DNA of 64,000 nucleotides from Candidatus Latescibacterota bacterium (GTDB lineage Bacteria; Latescibacterota; UBA2968; GCA-2709665), in the NCBI GenBank assembly GCA_965222075.1, contig OZ244937.1, positions 1,184,001-1,248,000 of the forward strand, read 5' to 3'. Below the pieces are notes generated by a model that saw only the letters and a list, made by a program, of their open reading frames with translations, had not been told where the DNA came from and made no database searches. Of this stretch, positions 50,354 to 60,729 are shown in pieces (within the stretch, counting starts at the first letter, position 1; every line of letters begins with the position of its first letter). A program made the position numbers and the translations under genes.

Positions 50354-52003
50354 TTGGACAGGCCGCTGACCTGCGCAACCGTGATTGCGCAGACCCTGAA
50401 ATCATCCGGAGTTCGTTATGTTTTCGGCCACCCGGGCGGCGAGGTGGTGGACCTGATCGAGGCGCTGGAGACGCACGGCATCCGGTTCGTGCTGACCGGA
50501 CACGAGTCGGCGGCCGCGTTTATGGCGAGCACGGCCGGGCGGATGACGGGGATACCGGGCGTGTGTCTGGCGACGCTTGGACCGGGGGCGTGTAACCTGG
50601 TACTGGGTGTGGGTTGCGCGTACCTTGACAGGGACCCCATGCTGGCCATTTCCGCCCGGACGGTTGATTCGCGCATTCGGATGAGCGACAAGCAGAACCT
50701 GCGGCTCAACGAGATTTTTGCGCCCATCAGCAAGTGGTCGGCCGCCTTAGACGGCGCAGACACGGGAGGGACGGTCCGGTCCGCATTGTCGGTTGCCGCG
50801 ACTCCGCCGTGCGGGCCGGTCTACCTGACGCTGCCGAACGACGTTGCCGTGGCGCTTGATCGGCCTGCGGCGGCCGGACCCTCGCCGCCTGGCGGACCGG
50901 CTTGGGACGACCTGCCTGCGCCGAGGGTCTCTGCTCGGCAGGCAGGTGGGGTGTTTGAGGAGATCGTACAGGCGTTGAACAACGCGAAGCGGCCCATCGG
51001 TGTGGTTGGCATTGCGCTGGATGCGGAGAAAGACGTCCGGGCCGTCCGCGGTTTCTTCGAGCAGACCGGGATTCCTTACGTGTCGCTGCCACAGGCCAAG
51101 GGGATTGCCAACGAAGCGGGCGGGGGGTATCTGGGCACGGTCGCGTCGGCGGCCGGGGATGCGGTTCTTGTCGAAGCGCTGGAGCAGAGCGATTGTCTGC
51201 TGGGCGTCGGGTTCGATCCCGTGGAATCGGCTCAGGACTGGCATTTCCACCGTCCGGTCTACTCGCTGGCCAATACGTCCATCCGATTTGGGGACTACCG
51301 GCCCGCTGCGGAGTGCGTGGGCGACGTGAGCGCGTTGTTGCAGCGATTGGGGAAGGCATACCGGGGAGGTTCGGAGTGGACACAGGCAGAAGCGGGGGAG
51401 GTGCGAGAGCGGGTTGAGGCTGAGATGCGGCCACCCGATGCGTCGGGACCTGCGGGGGTATCGCCCTACCACCTGATGCAGGCGCTTGCGGCGGCGCTGC
51501 CGGAGGAGACCATTGTTTCAACCGACGTGGGGGCGCACAAGATGCTGCTCTCGCAGGTCTGGAAGGCACGGTATGCCCGCTCCTTTCTGGTTTCCAACGG
51601 TCTCTCGGCGATGGGCTACGGCGTGCCTGCGGCGCTTGCGGCGGCGCTGCTGCGGCCGGAGCGACCTGTGGTGGGGGTGCTCGGCGATGCCGGGTTTGCG
51701 ATGATGGCGCAGGAGCTGGAGACCGCCCGACGGATGGAGGTTTCACCGTTGCTGGTTGTGCTGTGCGATCGATCTCTGGCGATCATCAAGGTCGCTCAGG
51801 ATATGCGTGAGATTCCCTATCGGGGCGTGGATTTCGGGCCGGTGGACTGGGGAAGGGTGGCCGAGGGGTTCGGTGCAAAAGGGGTGGGGGCGACGACACC
51901 GGGTGAGGTGAACAAAGCCGTGCAGGACTGGCTGGGACATCCCAGGCTCACGGTGCTGGCCGTAGAGGTGGATGAGGCGCTCTATGCAGGTCTGACGTAC
52001 TGA
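50354..52003 (+). CDS. Thiamine pyrophosphate-binding enzyme (acetolactate synthase-like)
   Basis: VFGHPG, HESAAAFMA, TLGPGACN, TDVGAH, SAMGYGVP, GDAGF. Confidence 0.9.
   Translation: MDRPLTCATVIAQTLKSSGVRYVFGHPGGEVVDLIEALETHGIRFVLTGHESAAAFMASTAGRMTGIPGVCLATLGPGACNLVLGVGCAYLDRDPMLAISARTVDSRIRMSDKQNLRLNEIFAPISKWSAALDGADTGGTVRSALSVAATPPCGPVYLTLPNDVAVALDRPAAAGPSPPGGPAWDDLPAPRVSARQAGGVFEEIVQALNNAKRPIGVVGIALDAEKDVRAVRGFFEQTGIPYVSLPQAKGIANEAGGGYLGTVASAAGDAVLVEALEQSDCLLGVGFDPVESAQDWHFHRPVYSLANTSIRFGDYRPAAECVGDVSALLQRLGKAYRGGSEWTQAEAGEVRERVEAEMRPPDASGPAGVSPYHLMQALAAALPEETIVSTDVGAHKMLLSQVWKARYARSFLVSNGLSAMGYGVPAALAAALLRPERPVVGVLGDAGFAMMAQELETARRMEVSPLLVVLCDRSLAIIKVAQDMREIPYRGVDFGPVDWGRVAEGFGAKGVGATTPGEVNKAVQDWLGHPRLTVLAVEVDEALYAGLTY
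50911..50946. repeat. CCTGCCTG-family palindromic element, copy 5 (36 nt, in frame)
   Basis: CCTGCCT-GC-GCCGAG-GGTCTCTG-CTCGGC-AGGCAGG in the interdomain linker; removal gives WDDGVFEE. Confidence 0.85.
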
Positions 52004-52142
52004 CTCTGATGTTGACCGATGTCTATTTAATATTTGAACAATTATTCATATAACCTGCGCGAACTTATCGGGAACATCCGAAGCGAAAAAGGGGTCTAAC
52101 CAACGCATTCTCATCTTTCCACCTGTATTTCTCACGATTTCA

Positions 52143-53051
52143 ATGCAAATCCAAATCTCAGGCCTCACCAAGGTTTATCACAAAGGCGCTCCGCCCGCGC
52201 TGGATTGTGTGGACCTGGAGATCCGGCACGGCACCTTCGGGCTGCTGGGCCCCAACGGCGCTGGAAAGACGACGCTGATCAAGGTCCTGTCGACCCAGAT
52301 GGTTCCCACCGAAGGTTGGGTGAGGATCGACGGCCGGGACCTTCAAAGCGACCGCGTAGAGGTCCGCAGCCGTCTGGGGTATCTGCCTCAGCATTTTGGG
52401 GCGTATCCCAAGCTTACAGGCTGGGAGTTTCTGGACTACATGGGGCGGCTTGCCGGGCTGCACGAAGGCCGGAAGCGCAGGGAACGGGTTGCCGAAGCGC
52501 TGCGCGACGTGGGGCTTTATGAGGATCGCAACCGCCGGGCCGGCACCTATTCGGGGGGGATGATGCGCCGGCTGGGCATTGCGCAGGCCATCCTTGCCGA
52601 ACCGGAATTTCTGATTGTGGACGAACCCACGGTGGGTCTCGACCCGGAGGAGCGGATCCGCTTCCGGTCTATTCTGGGCCGTCTCAGCCGGGACCGGGCC
52701 ATCCTGATCTCCACGCATATTGTCAGCGATATTTCCAGCACCTGTGAAGACCTGGCGGTGCTGAATGCGGGCCGGATCGTTTACCACGGCCCCCCTGAAG
52801 ACCTCGCACAGCAGGCAGAGGGGAAGACCTGGCACGTCCGGGTGGACGATGCCGGGTTTGAAGCCCTGACCAAACGGTTCTACGTGGTGACGATTGCCGT
52901 GGATGGAGACCGGATGGATCTCAGGATGGTGGGAGACGGCGATCCGCCTCCGGAGGCCGAACCGGTGGCGCCCAACCTGGAAGACGCGTATGTTTACTTT
53001 ATGCGGATGGAGACCGAAGGCGCAGAAGTAGGTAATACGAAACTGAGATGA
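52143..53051 (+). CDS. ABC transporter ATP-binding protein
   Basis: GPNGAGKT, YSGGM, IVDEP, STH. Confidence 0.95.
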   Translation: MQIQISGLTKVYHKGAPPALDCVDLEIRHGTFGLLGPNGAGKTTLIKVLSTQMVPTEGWVRIDGRDLQSDRVEVRSRLGYLPQHFGAYPKLTGWEFLDYMGRLAGLHEGRKRRERVAEALRDVGLYEDRNRRAGTYSGGMMRRLGIAQAILAEPEFLIVDEPTVGLDPEERIRFRSILGRLSRDRAILISTHIVSDISSTCEDLAVLNAGRIVYHGPPEDLAQQAEGKTWHVRVDDAGFEALTKRFYVVTIAVDGDRMDLRMVGDGDPPPEAEPVAPNLEDAYVYFMRMETEGAEVGNTKLR

Positions 53052-56000
53052 ATGCCATCAAGAACATTCTGGGCGTGGCCCGATATGAACGGAAGATGCT
53101 CCTGCGGACCACCAAGTTCCGCATCCTGGGGGGCATCGGGGTCGCCATTCCGCTCCTTCAGGGCATCGGTATGGCGGTTGCGGAGGCCAATGGGGTCGAC
53201 CTGGGGTCGGGGCTGGACGCCTACATACCGTTCTACACCTACAGCTACCTCCAGGCGGTGGTGATTGCCTTTATTGTGGGAGATTTCCGGGCCGCAGACG
53301 AGCGAGCCTCGGTCTACGAGGTGGTGGCTGCCCGCCCGATTTCCACGGCCGAGTTGGTGATGGGGAAGTATCTGGGGGTGGTGGGGGCGCTCTTTACGCT
53401 GAGTCTGGGCGTGCTGCTGCTGGCGCTGGCGGTTCAGGCCGCCAAGATCAGCATTACCAAAACGCCCTTTACCCTCAAGCCCTACCTGATCTACCTGCTG
53501 CTGATGAACCTGCCCGCGCTGATCTATATGTCGGCGGTGACCTTCTTCCTGGGGGCTCTGCTGCGGCGGCAGACGGCGGTCACCCTCATCACCATTGCCT
53601 ATGGGCTGGCCGTACTCTTCTTCCTGGGGCGGCGCTACGGGGGCATCTACGATTTTGGGGCATTTTTCGCACCGCTCTTCTACTCGGACCTGCTGGGCCT
53701 GGGAGATGTCGAGCGCGTGATCGACCAGCGCTTTTTTTACCTGGCGCTGGCCCTCTGTTTCTTCGGGCTGTCCATCGAGCGTTACCCCCGGCTGCCGCAG
53801 TCGGCCGCCTGGACCTGGTTTGGTCGGGGGGTTGCGGTATTCGGGCTGGCTGCCGCCGCGGGGCTTTACGTTTATATGGACCGGCAGGACGTTGAGAGAG
53901 AGGCCTATCGGGCGGCCCTGTTTGAGGAGCAGACGCAGTATGCGCAGGCGTCCGCGCCGGAGGTGGTACACTACGACCTCCAGGTGGATCTGATGGCTGA
54001 TGGGACTCCGCTGCAGGCCCGGGCCCGGATGCAGTTGAAAAATGCTGGGGATGCGGCCCTGGATACGCTGGTTTTCAGTTTGAATCCGGGGTTGACGCTG
54101 CGTTCGGTTTACGGGCCGTCCGGAGCGGAGGTGGCCTGGAGACGGAAGGCCGCAGTCATCCGGGTCTCCCCGGGCGACCCGCTGGCCCCGGGGGGGGAAT
54201 ACCGGTTGACCTTTGTCTACGAAGGGGAGATCGACCGCGATGGGTTTGACCTGTTCCGGCAGCGCTCCCAAAGGCGGCTTCACAAGCGGCGGGCGGCGGG
54301 GCCGTTCGATACCAAAGGGGATCTGACGGCGTGGATCCGGAAGGACTCGGCCTTCCTGCCGCCCCGTAGCCGGTGGTATCCCGTGCCCGGCGTGGATTAT
54401 GGTCACACGGGAGACCGGCCCGTCTCTTTTGCCACGGCGGATATTGTTGTCTGGGCGCCCGCGGGGCTGGAGGTCGTGACGCAGGGAAGGCCCGCCGGGC
54501 GAAAGCGGGAGGGGGACCGGGAGCGGACGGCCTGGAAGGTGGAGCGGCCGGTGCCGTTTTTTTCGCTGAATGCCGGGACCTATGAGGTCTTCAAGGCCCA
54601 GGTCCATGGCCTGGAGATCGCGTTCTACCTGCACCCGGCGCACCGGAAGCAGGTCGTCTTTTTTGAAGATGCAAAAGAGGAGGTGCTGGAGGTCTTAGAC
54701 CAGATGCTGGATTCGATGGAGCAGGAGACCGGGCTGGCCTATCCCTATCCCAGGCTCTCCGTAGTGGAGGTGCCCTTTCAGGTGCAGTGGTATTACGAGG
54801 GCTGGCAGGAAAATGGAGGGCTGACGCAGCCGGGCGTGCTGATGGTGGAGGAAGACGTGCTGATGGGCCTGCGCCTGAGGCAGAGGCTGAAGCGGATGAG
54901 CAAGAGACAGCGCCGAAACGACGATCCGGCGCGGCTCAAGCGGGATCTGCTGGTGAGCGCGATTTTTCGGACCTTTTTCAGTCGAGAAAGCTCCCGAGAC
55001 GGGGTTTTCCGGAGCCCGGTCGCCCAGCTCTGGTCTTTTGACAAGGCCTTCCGGGGTGAGAATTTCTCCCTGCTGAAGCGGGGGCTGCCCCTTTATATGC
55101 AGGAGGACCTCAATACGGAGCTCCAGCAGGCCTTTTATACCAGCCGGCGCCGGCGGGGATTCTCAAGGTTTCGGCGCCCGCCGCGGACGGCGGGGACGTC
55201 GTGGGATACGCTGGTGGTGCGGATGCAGCAGCGGTCTTTTTCGGATGTCGATCCGGCCGAGGAGGCCGATCTGTATCGGGCGGTCCTGGACGCCAAGGGG
55301 CCGCCGCTGTTCCGGATGATCGAGGCGGTGGTGGGTGACGAGGATTTTCGAGAGGTCCTGAAGGGGTTCGAAGCGGACCATCGCTACGGCGAGGCCACCT
55401 TTGCCTCCTTCGAGAAGGCGGCCCTTTCCGATACGGCCAAAACCGGCGGCCGGACCAACCTGTCCCGGCTCCTCCACGACTGGCTCTATGACACCCACGT
55501 GCCGGGCTACACCCTGACCCGCGTGAAGGCCTACAAGGTGGACGACGATTTGGGTATGATGGTCTACCAGGTGGTCGTGCGCATCCGAAACGGGGAACCG
55601 GGGCGCGGATTCGTACAGATCCGGGTGATGGGCAGGGAGGATGAGGCGGTCAAGGGGGTGGAGATCGAAGGCGGCCAGGAGGTGGAGGTGGGCATGATCC
55701 TCTGGGACCGCCCGTTTCGGGTGATGGTCGAACCGTTTTTCGCCCGCAACCGGCGGCCCCTGGTTGCCCCGCTACGCATTCCGGAGCAGCCGATGGAGGG
55801 GGGCGCCAGGTCCTACGTCCGGGAGGTGACCGAAGAGGAGAGGACCATTTCGGAGATTATTGTGGACAACGACGACGAGGGGTTCTCCATGCCGATCCGC
55901 CGGGTGCAGCGCTACCTGCGGCCCGAACTGAAGGGCGACAACTGGAAAGAGGGCCAGTTCCCGTTCGCGTTTGGCCGTTACGAGACGACCTACCGCTGGA

Positions 56001-56413
56001 AGCGCCCCGGAGACGGGGCGCAGCCGGCCGTCTGGACGGCCCGGCTGCCCCATGGCGGCGACTACGATGTGGCTTTCTACACGATTCCCCGCTGGAAACG
56101 CCGGAAAGGGGCCACGTCCTTTACGCTGAGGGTGTCCCACAGCGGCAAGACGGATACACTGAAGCTCGAAACCGGCGCGACCAAAGGTGGGTGGCATACC
56201 CTGGGTCGGTTCCGGTTTGAGGCGGGAGAGGAGGCCCGCGTGGAGCTGTCGGACCTGGCCAACGGCAGGGTCTATGCCGACGCCGTGCGGTGGCGTTATG
56301 TGGACCCGGAGCATCCCGATGAGGTGTATGAGGAGGACGTTCCAACCTGGACGTTTGGCGGGCGTGGGCGGGGTGGGAGAGGGAGAGGTGGGAGAGGGTT
56401 CCGGAGGTTTTGA
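53048..56413 (+). CDS. ABC-2 permease fused to degenerate M1-aminopeptidase-like and golvesin/xanthan-lyase-CBM-like domains
   Basis: N-terminal TM helices; VVHYDLQVDL, YPYPRLSVVEVP; no HExxH; C-terminal IVDNDD..GWHTLGRF..ADAVRW; RGG-rich tail. Confidence 0.75.
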   Translation: MNAIKNILGVARYERKMLLRTTKFRILGGIGVAIPLLQGIGMAVAEANGVDLGSGLDAYIPFYTYSYLQAVVIAFIVGDFRAADERASVYEVVAARPISTAELVMGKYLGVVGALFTLSLGVLLLALAVQAAKISITKTPFTLKPYLIYLLLMNLPALIYMSAVTFFLGALLRRQTAVTLITIAYGLAVLFFLGRRYGGIYDFGAFFAPLFYSDLLGLGDVERVIDQRFFYLALALCFFGLSIERYPRLPQSAAWTWFGRGVAVFGLAAAAGLYVYMDRQDVEREAYRAALFEEQTQYAQASAPEVVHYDLQVDLMADGTPLQARARMQLKNAGDAALDTLVFSLNPGLTLRSVYGPSGAEVAWRRKAAVIRVSPGDPLAPGGEYRLTFVYEGEIDRDGFDLFRQRSQRRLHKRRAAGPFDTKGDLTAWIRKDSAFLPPRSRWYPVPGVDYGHTGDRPVSFATADIVVWAPAGLEVVTQGRPAGRKREGDRERTAWKVERPVPFFSLNAGTYEVFKAQVHGLEIAFYLHPAHRKQVVFFEDAKEEVLEVLDQMLDSMEQETGLAYPYPRLSVVEVPFQVQWYYEGWQENGGLTQPGVLMVEEDVLMGLRLRQRLKRMSKRQRRNDDPARLKRDLLVSAIFRTFFSRESSRDGVFRSPVAQLWSFDKAFRGENFSLLKRGLPLYMQEDLNTELQQAFYTSRRRRGFSRFRRPPRTAGTSWDTLVVRMQQRSFSDVDPAEEADLYRAVLDAKGPPLFRMIEAVVGDEDFREVLKGFEADHRYGEATFASFEKAALSDTAKTGGRTNLSRLLHDWLYDTHVPGYTLTRVKAYKVDDDLGMMVYQVVVRIRNGEPGRGFVQIRVMGREDEAVKGVEIEGGQEVEVGMILWDRPFRVMVEPFFARNRRPLVAPLRIPEQPMEGGARSYVREVTEEERTISEIIVDNDDEGFSMPIRRVQRYLRPELKGDNWKEGQFPFAFGRYETTYRWKRPGDGAQPAVWTARLPHGGDYDVAFYTIPRWKRRKGATSFTLRVSHSGKTDTLKLETGATKGGWHTLGRFRFEAGEEARVELSDLANGRVYADAVRWRYVDPEHPDEVYEEDVPTWTFGGRGRGGRGRGGRGFRRF

Positions 56414-56497
56414 TGGGCTTTGCCCGACAAGCTGAGGACATTAACTTTCAGTAATCGTTGCAACATATTCTACAACAATAAATTAAAGGGGTCAAGA

Positions 56498-57571
56498 TTG
56501 GGCATTCGATGGGTCGGATATCCGGGCGTCTTTCTCGTGCTGCTGGCCGGTTGCAGCCGCCAGACGGAACAGCGGTCTGTGGACCTCACGGTTCCGGTGA
56601 CGGTGCAAACGGTTGAACTGGGGGCTATGGAATCTACGGTTACGGCCACCGGCACGCTGCGGTCTGTGCGGGAGGCGCAGCTGATCACGGAGGTAGAGGG
56701 CATTTTTCACCTGGTGACGACCGATGGGGGGAGGAAGCCTGCCGAAGGGATGCGGGTTTCTCAAGGGCAGATGATTGCCAGGCTGAAAAACGAGGAACAC
56801 GTGGTGGGGGCCCGGCTGGAATCGCGGAAGCTGGCGCGGGAGACTGCGGGCAAGACGTTGAAGGAGCAGGAGATCCTCTTCAAGCGGGGACTGGTCACGG
56901 AAAAAGAGGTCGAAGATGCCCGTCGGGAATCCGCTGATGCCGAGTCAAACCATCAGGATGCCCTTATCCAGATCGAAAAGACCCGGATCCGGGCACCGAT
57001 TTCCGGGTTTTTGACCGGGGTAACCGACGCCACAGAGGGCACCCTGATTGGTCAGGCAACGCTGATCGGCAAGGTGATGGACTACGGCGAGGTGGTGGTG
57101 GATCTGAAGATCCCGAATGCCTATATTGCCGCCATCGCTCTGGGGCAGGTGGTTCGGGTGGAGAACTATGCTTTTGCGGGTCGGGTATTTGCCGGCCGAA
57201 TCACGGCCGTGGATCCGGCGCTGGATCCCACCACCCGCACCTTCCGGGCCAAGGCAACAGTCCGGAATCCCGGTCTCCTCCTCCGGCCCGGGATGTTTGT
57301 CAAGGCCCGGATTGTGACGGATTCCCACGAGGACGTGGTGGTGATTCCCCGCCGGTTCGTGCTCAACCGCCAGAATCAAAAGGTCGTGTTTATCGAAGAA
57401 AGCGGCCGCGCCCAGATGCGACAGGTCAAGACCGGGTTGGAAGACAAAGAGAATATCGAGGTCCTGGACGGACTCGAAGCGGGCGAACGCCTGATTACAA
57501 GCAACTATGAGACCCTCCGCCGCCGCACGCGGGTGCGTGTAACAGGAGAAGGCGTGCCTGGAGGGAATTGA
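56498..57571 (+). CDS. RND efflux membrane-fusion (periplasmic adaptor) lipoprotein
   Basis: TTG start after AAGGGG, lipobox LLAGC, IRAPISG, DPTTRTF, LRPGMF. Confidence 0.9.
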   Translation: MGIRWVGYPGVFLVLLAGCSRQTEQRSVDLTVPVTVQTVELGAMESTVTATGTLRSVREAQLITEVEGIFHLVTTDGGRKPAEGMRVSQGQMIARLKNEEHVVGARLESRKLARETAGKTLKEQEILFKRGLVTEKEVEDARRESADAESNHQDALIQIEKTRIRAPISGFLTGVTDATEGTLIGQATLIGKVMDYGEVVVDLKIPNAYIAAIALGQVVRVENYAFAGRVFAGRITAVDPALDPTTRTFRAKATVRNPGLLLRPGMFVKARIVTDSHEDVVVIPRRFVLNRQNQKVVFIEESGRAQMRQVKTGLEDKENIEVLDGLEAGERLITSNYETLRRRTRVRVTGEGVPGGN

Positions 57572-57621
57572 AAGCCTTTAAATCCGCATTCCCAAGCTCC
57601 TTAAAAAAATCCTTACCTTAT

Positions 57622-60600
57622 ATGTCCCTTCCTGAATTCTCTACTCGATATCCGGTTACCATTGCGATGGCCACCCTGGCGGTTGTGCTGCTGGGGTGGA
57701 TTTCGCTGGAGCGGCTGGGGGTGGACCTGCTGCCGGATCTGCAGACGCCGGTGGTGACGGTAGACCTGCGGGCGCCGGGGAAGTCGCCGCGCGAGATGGA
57801 GGAGCGGTATGCCCGCCGCCTGGAGGGGGATATCAGCACGGTGCGCAAAGTCAAGCGGGTGCATTCTGTCTCGAGGGCCGGGCAGGCGGTGGTGGTGGCG
57901 GAGTTTTCCTGGGATGCGGATATGGACTTCGCCCTGTTGGACGTGCAGAAGAAGGTGGGGCGCTATGCTGCGGACACGGAGGTGACCACGCTGGACGTCA
58001 CGCGGGAAGACCCCCAGGCCCTCCCGGTGATGCGGGTGGCGGTCACCTCGGGGGAAAGGGTGGATCTGGATGCGCTGGTGGGGACGGTGGAGACGGTGGT
58101 CAAGCCCAGGCTGGAGGGGCTGGATGGGGTGGCTTCAGCAGAGATCGAGGGCGGGGCGGAGAAGGAGGTCCGGATTATCCTGGATGCTTATTTGCTGGAG
58201 GCCTACGGACTGACGCCGCAGACGATTGTGAACCGCGTGCAGTCGGCCAATGCGGATGTCTCGGGCGGCACCCTCAAAGACGGCCAGCGCGCCTACCTGG
58301 TCAAAGGGATGGGGCGGCTGGTGGATATAGAGAGCATCCGAAACCTGGTGGTGGGTGAGCGGCGGGGGATGGATGCCAGCGGCCAGCCGGACCCCGGTGC
58401 GCCAAGGGTGCCGGTGAGCGTGGGCGATGTGGGGCGGGTGGACCTCCGGTTTGAGGAGCGGGAGACGATGGTGCGGCTAAACGGCCCCGAGTGCGTGGGG
58501 CTGGCCGTTTACCGGGAGGCCGGTGCGAATACGGTATCCGTGGTGAGGTCCGTGTTCGAGATGCTGAGGGAACTGGAGCGTGACCTGCCTGATACCCGAT
58601 TTATTGTGGTGGAAAACCAGGCCCGGTTCGTGGAGCAGGCCGTGGGAGAGGTAGAAGCGTCGGCAATCTACGGCGCCCTGCTGGCCGTGGGGGTGCTCCT
58701 GCTGGCCCTGCGCAACTGGACGGCGACGCTGGTGATCGGCCTGGCCATTCCGATTTCCGTGCTGGCCACGTTCACGCTGATGTATTTTCAGGGGCTGACC
58801 TTAAACGTGATGACGCTTGGGGGGCTGGCCCTGGGCGCTGGCATGCTGGTGGACAACGCGATTGTGGTGATCGAAAATATCTACCGCCACCTGGAACTGG
58901 GCGAGGATGCGCGCACCGCGTCCGCCCGGGGCGCCGGGGAGGTGGGGGTGGCTATTCTGGCGTCCACGATGACCACGGTGTCTGTGTTTTTGCCCATTGT
59001 CTACCTGCACGGGCTGGCCGGCGAGCTCTTCAAGGAACAGGCCTGGACCGTGGCGTTCTCGCTCATCTCCTCGCTGGGCGTGGCCATGGCCACAGTGCCC
59101 ATGCTCACCTCCCGCGTGCTGCGCCGGGCGCCGGTGGGTGGGGCGGGCATCCGGTCTGAACGGTTCCAGGGTTTCCTGGAACGCGCCTTGAACCGGAAGG
59201 TCATCGTTGTGCTGGTGACCCTGGGGGCGCTGGGGACCGCGGCCTACCTGAGCCGGTCGATTCACACCGAGTTTATCCCCCGGGAAGACCAGGGGATTTT
59301 TCAGGTGGACCTGGCGCTGCCGGAGGGCACCCGGCTGGAGGCGACAGACCGGGTTGCGCTGCGGGCTGCGGCGATTGTCGAGGAGGTCTGCGATCCCGAT
59401 GCGGAGCATATCTACCTGAGGGTCGGCGTCGATCCGGCCAGGCTCACCAGCGCCGGGCAACCGACCGGCCCCAACAGGGCCACGATCTCGGTTGTCCTGG
59501 CCCAGGGTGCACAGCGGCGCACGGCTGCAGAGCTGGTGGCCATACTGGATACGCCCCTGCGCGAGATTCCTGAGCTTAAGGTGAACTACCAGCTTCATGA
59601 TACTGCACTGGAAGGGGTTATGGGAGGCAGCGAAGCGCCTGTCCAGGTGGAGGTCACCGGGGAGAATCTGGACCTGCTCCGGGATCTGACGGCGGATTTG
59701 AAGGCCCGGATCGAAGCCCTGCCGGCGGTTTACAACGTGAGGACGAGCTTTCAGGACGGACAGCCGGAGATTGACCTGGTCCTGCGCGACGATGTTGCAG
59801 CGGCGTTCGGGCTTACGGCCCAGTCAATTGTCCAGGATCTGGAGCGGAGGCTTTCTGGTGAAGTGGCCGGCGAACTGTCCAAGGACCAGCGGGAGCGGAC
59901 CATCCGGGTGGGGTTTGAGGATGTGGACCTGCGTGAATTGGAGGGCATCCGGGTTGACGGCGTAGACGGGGCCCTGCTCACGCTGGGGGATATTGCAAAG
60001 CTGCAGATCGTGGAGGGCCCCAGGGAGATTCTCAGAAATGGACAGCGCCGGGTGGGGCATATTACCGGCTACCTGGCCGAAGGCGCGGTTTTAAGCGAGG
60101 CCATCGATCAGATCGGCCTGGTGATCCGGAATACGGCGCTTCCCTACGGGTATCGGGTGGCCATTGGGGGGGAAGAGCGGGAGCGGGCCGAGTCGTTCGG
60201 CAGCCTGAAGTTTGCTCTGCTGCTGTCCGTGGTGCTGGTTTACATGGTGATGGCCTCGCTCTTTGAGTCCCTGCTGCACCCCTTTACGGTGATGTTCACA
60301 GTGCCCTTAGCGGGCATCGGGGTGGTCCTGGCGTTCTGGGGGCTGGAAGAGCCCTTCAGCGTGATGGCCTATATCGGCATGATTATGCTGGGCGGCATTG
60401 CGGTGAACGATGCCATTATCCTGGTGGACCGGATCAACCAGCTGCGGCAGGGGGGCGGAGCGCTCCGGGTGGCGGTTCTGCAGGCCACACAGGACCGGCT
60501 GCGTCCCATCCTGATGACCAGCATGACCACCATTCTGGCCCTGATGCCGATGGCTTTCGGGGTGGGAGAAGGGGCCCGGCTGCGGGCGCCGATGGCGATT

Positions 60601-60729
60601 GCAGTGATCGGAGGGCTGGTGACTTCCACCCTGATGACCCTGATCGTGATCCCGGTGGTCTATGAGACGATCGACCGCCTGCGCCTGCCTGTGCGTCGCA
60701 CGCAGACAGGCAGGAGGCCATCCGGATGA
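57622..60729 (+). CDS. RND permease subunit 1 (AcrB/MdtB-like)
   Basis: GMLVDNAIVVIENI, AILASTMTT..VFLP, RLRPILMT, PMAIAVIGGL. Confidence 0.95.
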   Translation: MSLPEFSTRYPVTIAMATLAVVLLGWISLERLGVDLLPDLQTPVVTVDLRAPGKSPREMEERYARRLEGDISTVRKVKRVHSVSRAGQAVVVAEFSWDADMDFALLDVQKKVGRYAADTEVTTLDVTREDPQALPVMRVAVTSGERVDLDALVGTVETVVKPRLEGLDGVASAEIEGGAEKEVRIILDAYLLEAYGLTPQTIVNRVQSANADVSGGTLKDGQRAYLVKGMGRLVDIESIRNLVVGERRGMDASGQPDPGAPRVPVSVGDVGRVDLRFEERETMVRLNGPECVGLAVYREAGANTVSVVRSVFEMLRELERDLPDTRFIVVENQARFVEQAVGEVEASAIYGALLAVGVLLLALRNWTATLVIGLAIPISVLATFTLMYFQGLTLNVMTLGGLALGAGMLVDNAIVVIENIYRHLELGEDARTASARGAGEVGVAILASTMTTVSVFLPIVYLHGLAGELFKEQAWTVAFSLISSLGVAMATVPMLTSRVLRRAPVGGAGIRSERFQGFLERALNRKVIVVLVTLGALGTAAYLSRSIHTEFIPREDQGIFQVDLALPEGTRLEATDRVALRAAAIVEEVCDPDAEHIYLRVGVDPARLTSAGQPTGPNRATISVVLAQGAQRRTAAELVAILDTPLREIPELKVNYQLHDTALEGVMGGSEAPVQVEVTGENLDLLRDLTADLKARIEALPAVYNVRTSFQDGQPEIDLVLRDDVAAAFGLTAQSIVQDLERRLSGEVAGELSKDQRERTIRVGFEDVDLRELEGIRVDGVDGALLTLGDIAKLQIVEGPREILRNGQRRVGHITGYLAEGAVLSEAIDQIGLVIRNTALPYGYRVAIGGEERERAESFGSLKFALLLSVVLVYMVMASLFESLLHPFTVMFTVPLAGIGVVLAFWGLEEPFSVMAYIGMIMLGGIAVNDAIILVDRINQLRQGGGALRVAVLQATQDRLRPILMTSMTTILALMPMAFGVGEGARLRAPMAIAVIGGLVTSTLMTLIVIPVVYETIDRLRLPVRRTQTGRRPSG
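60684..60714. repeat. CCTGCCTG-family palindromic element, copy 6 (31 nt, last codons of RND permease 1)
   Basis: CCTGCCTG-TGCGT-CGC-ACGCA-GA-CAGGCAGG; encodes LPVRRTQTGR just before the stop. Confidence 0.8.
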
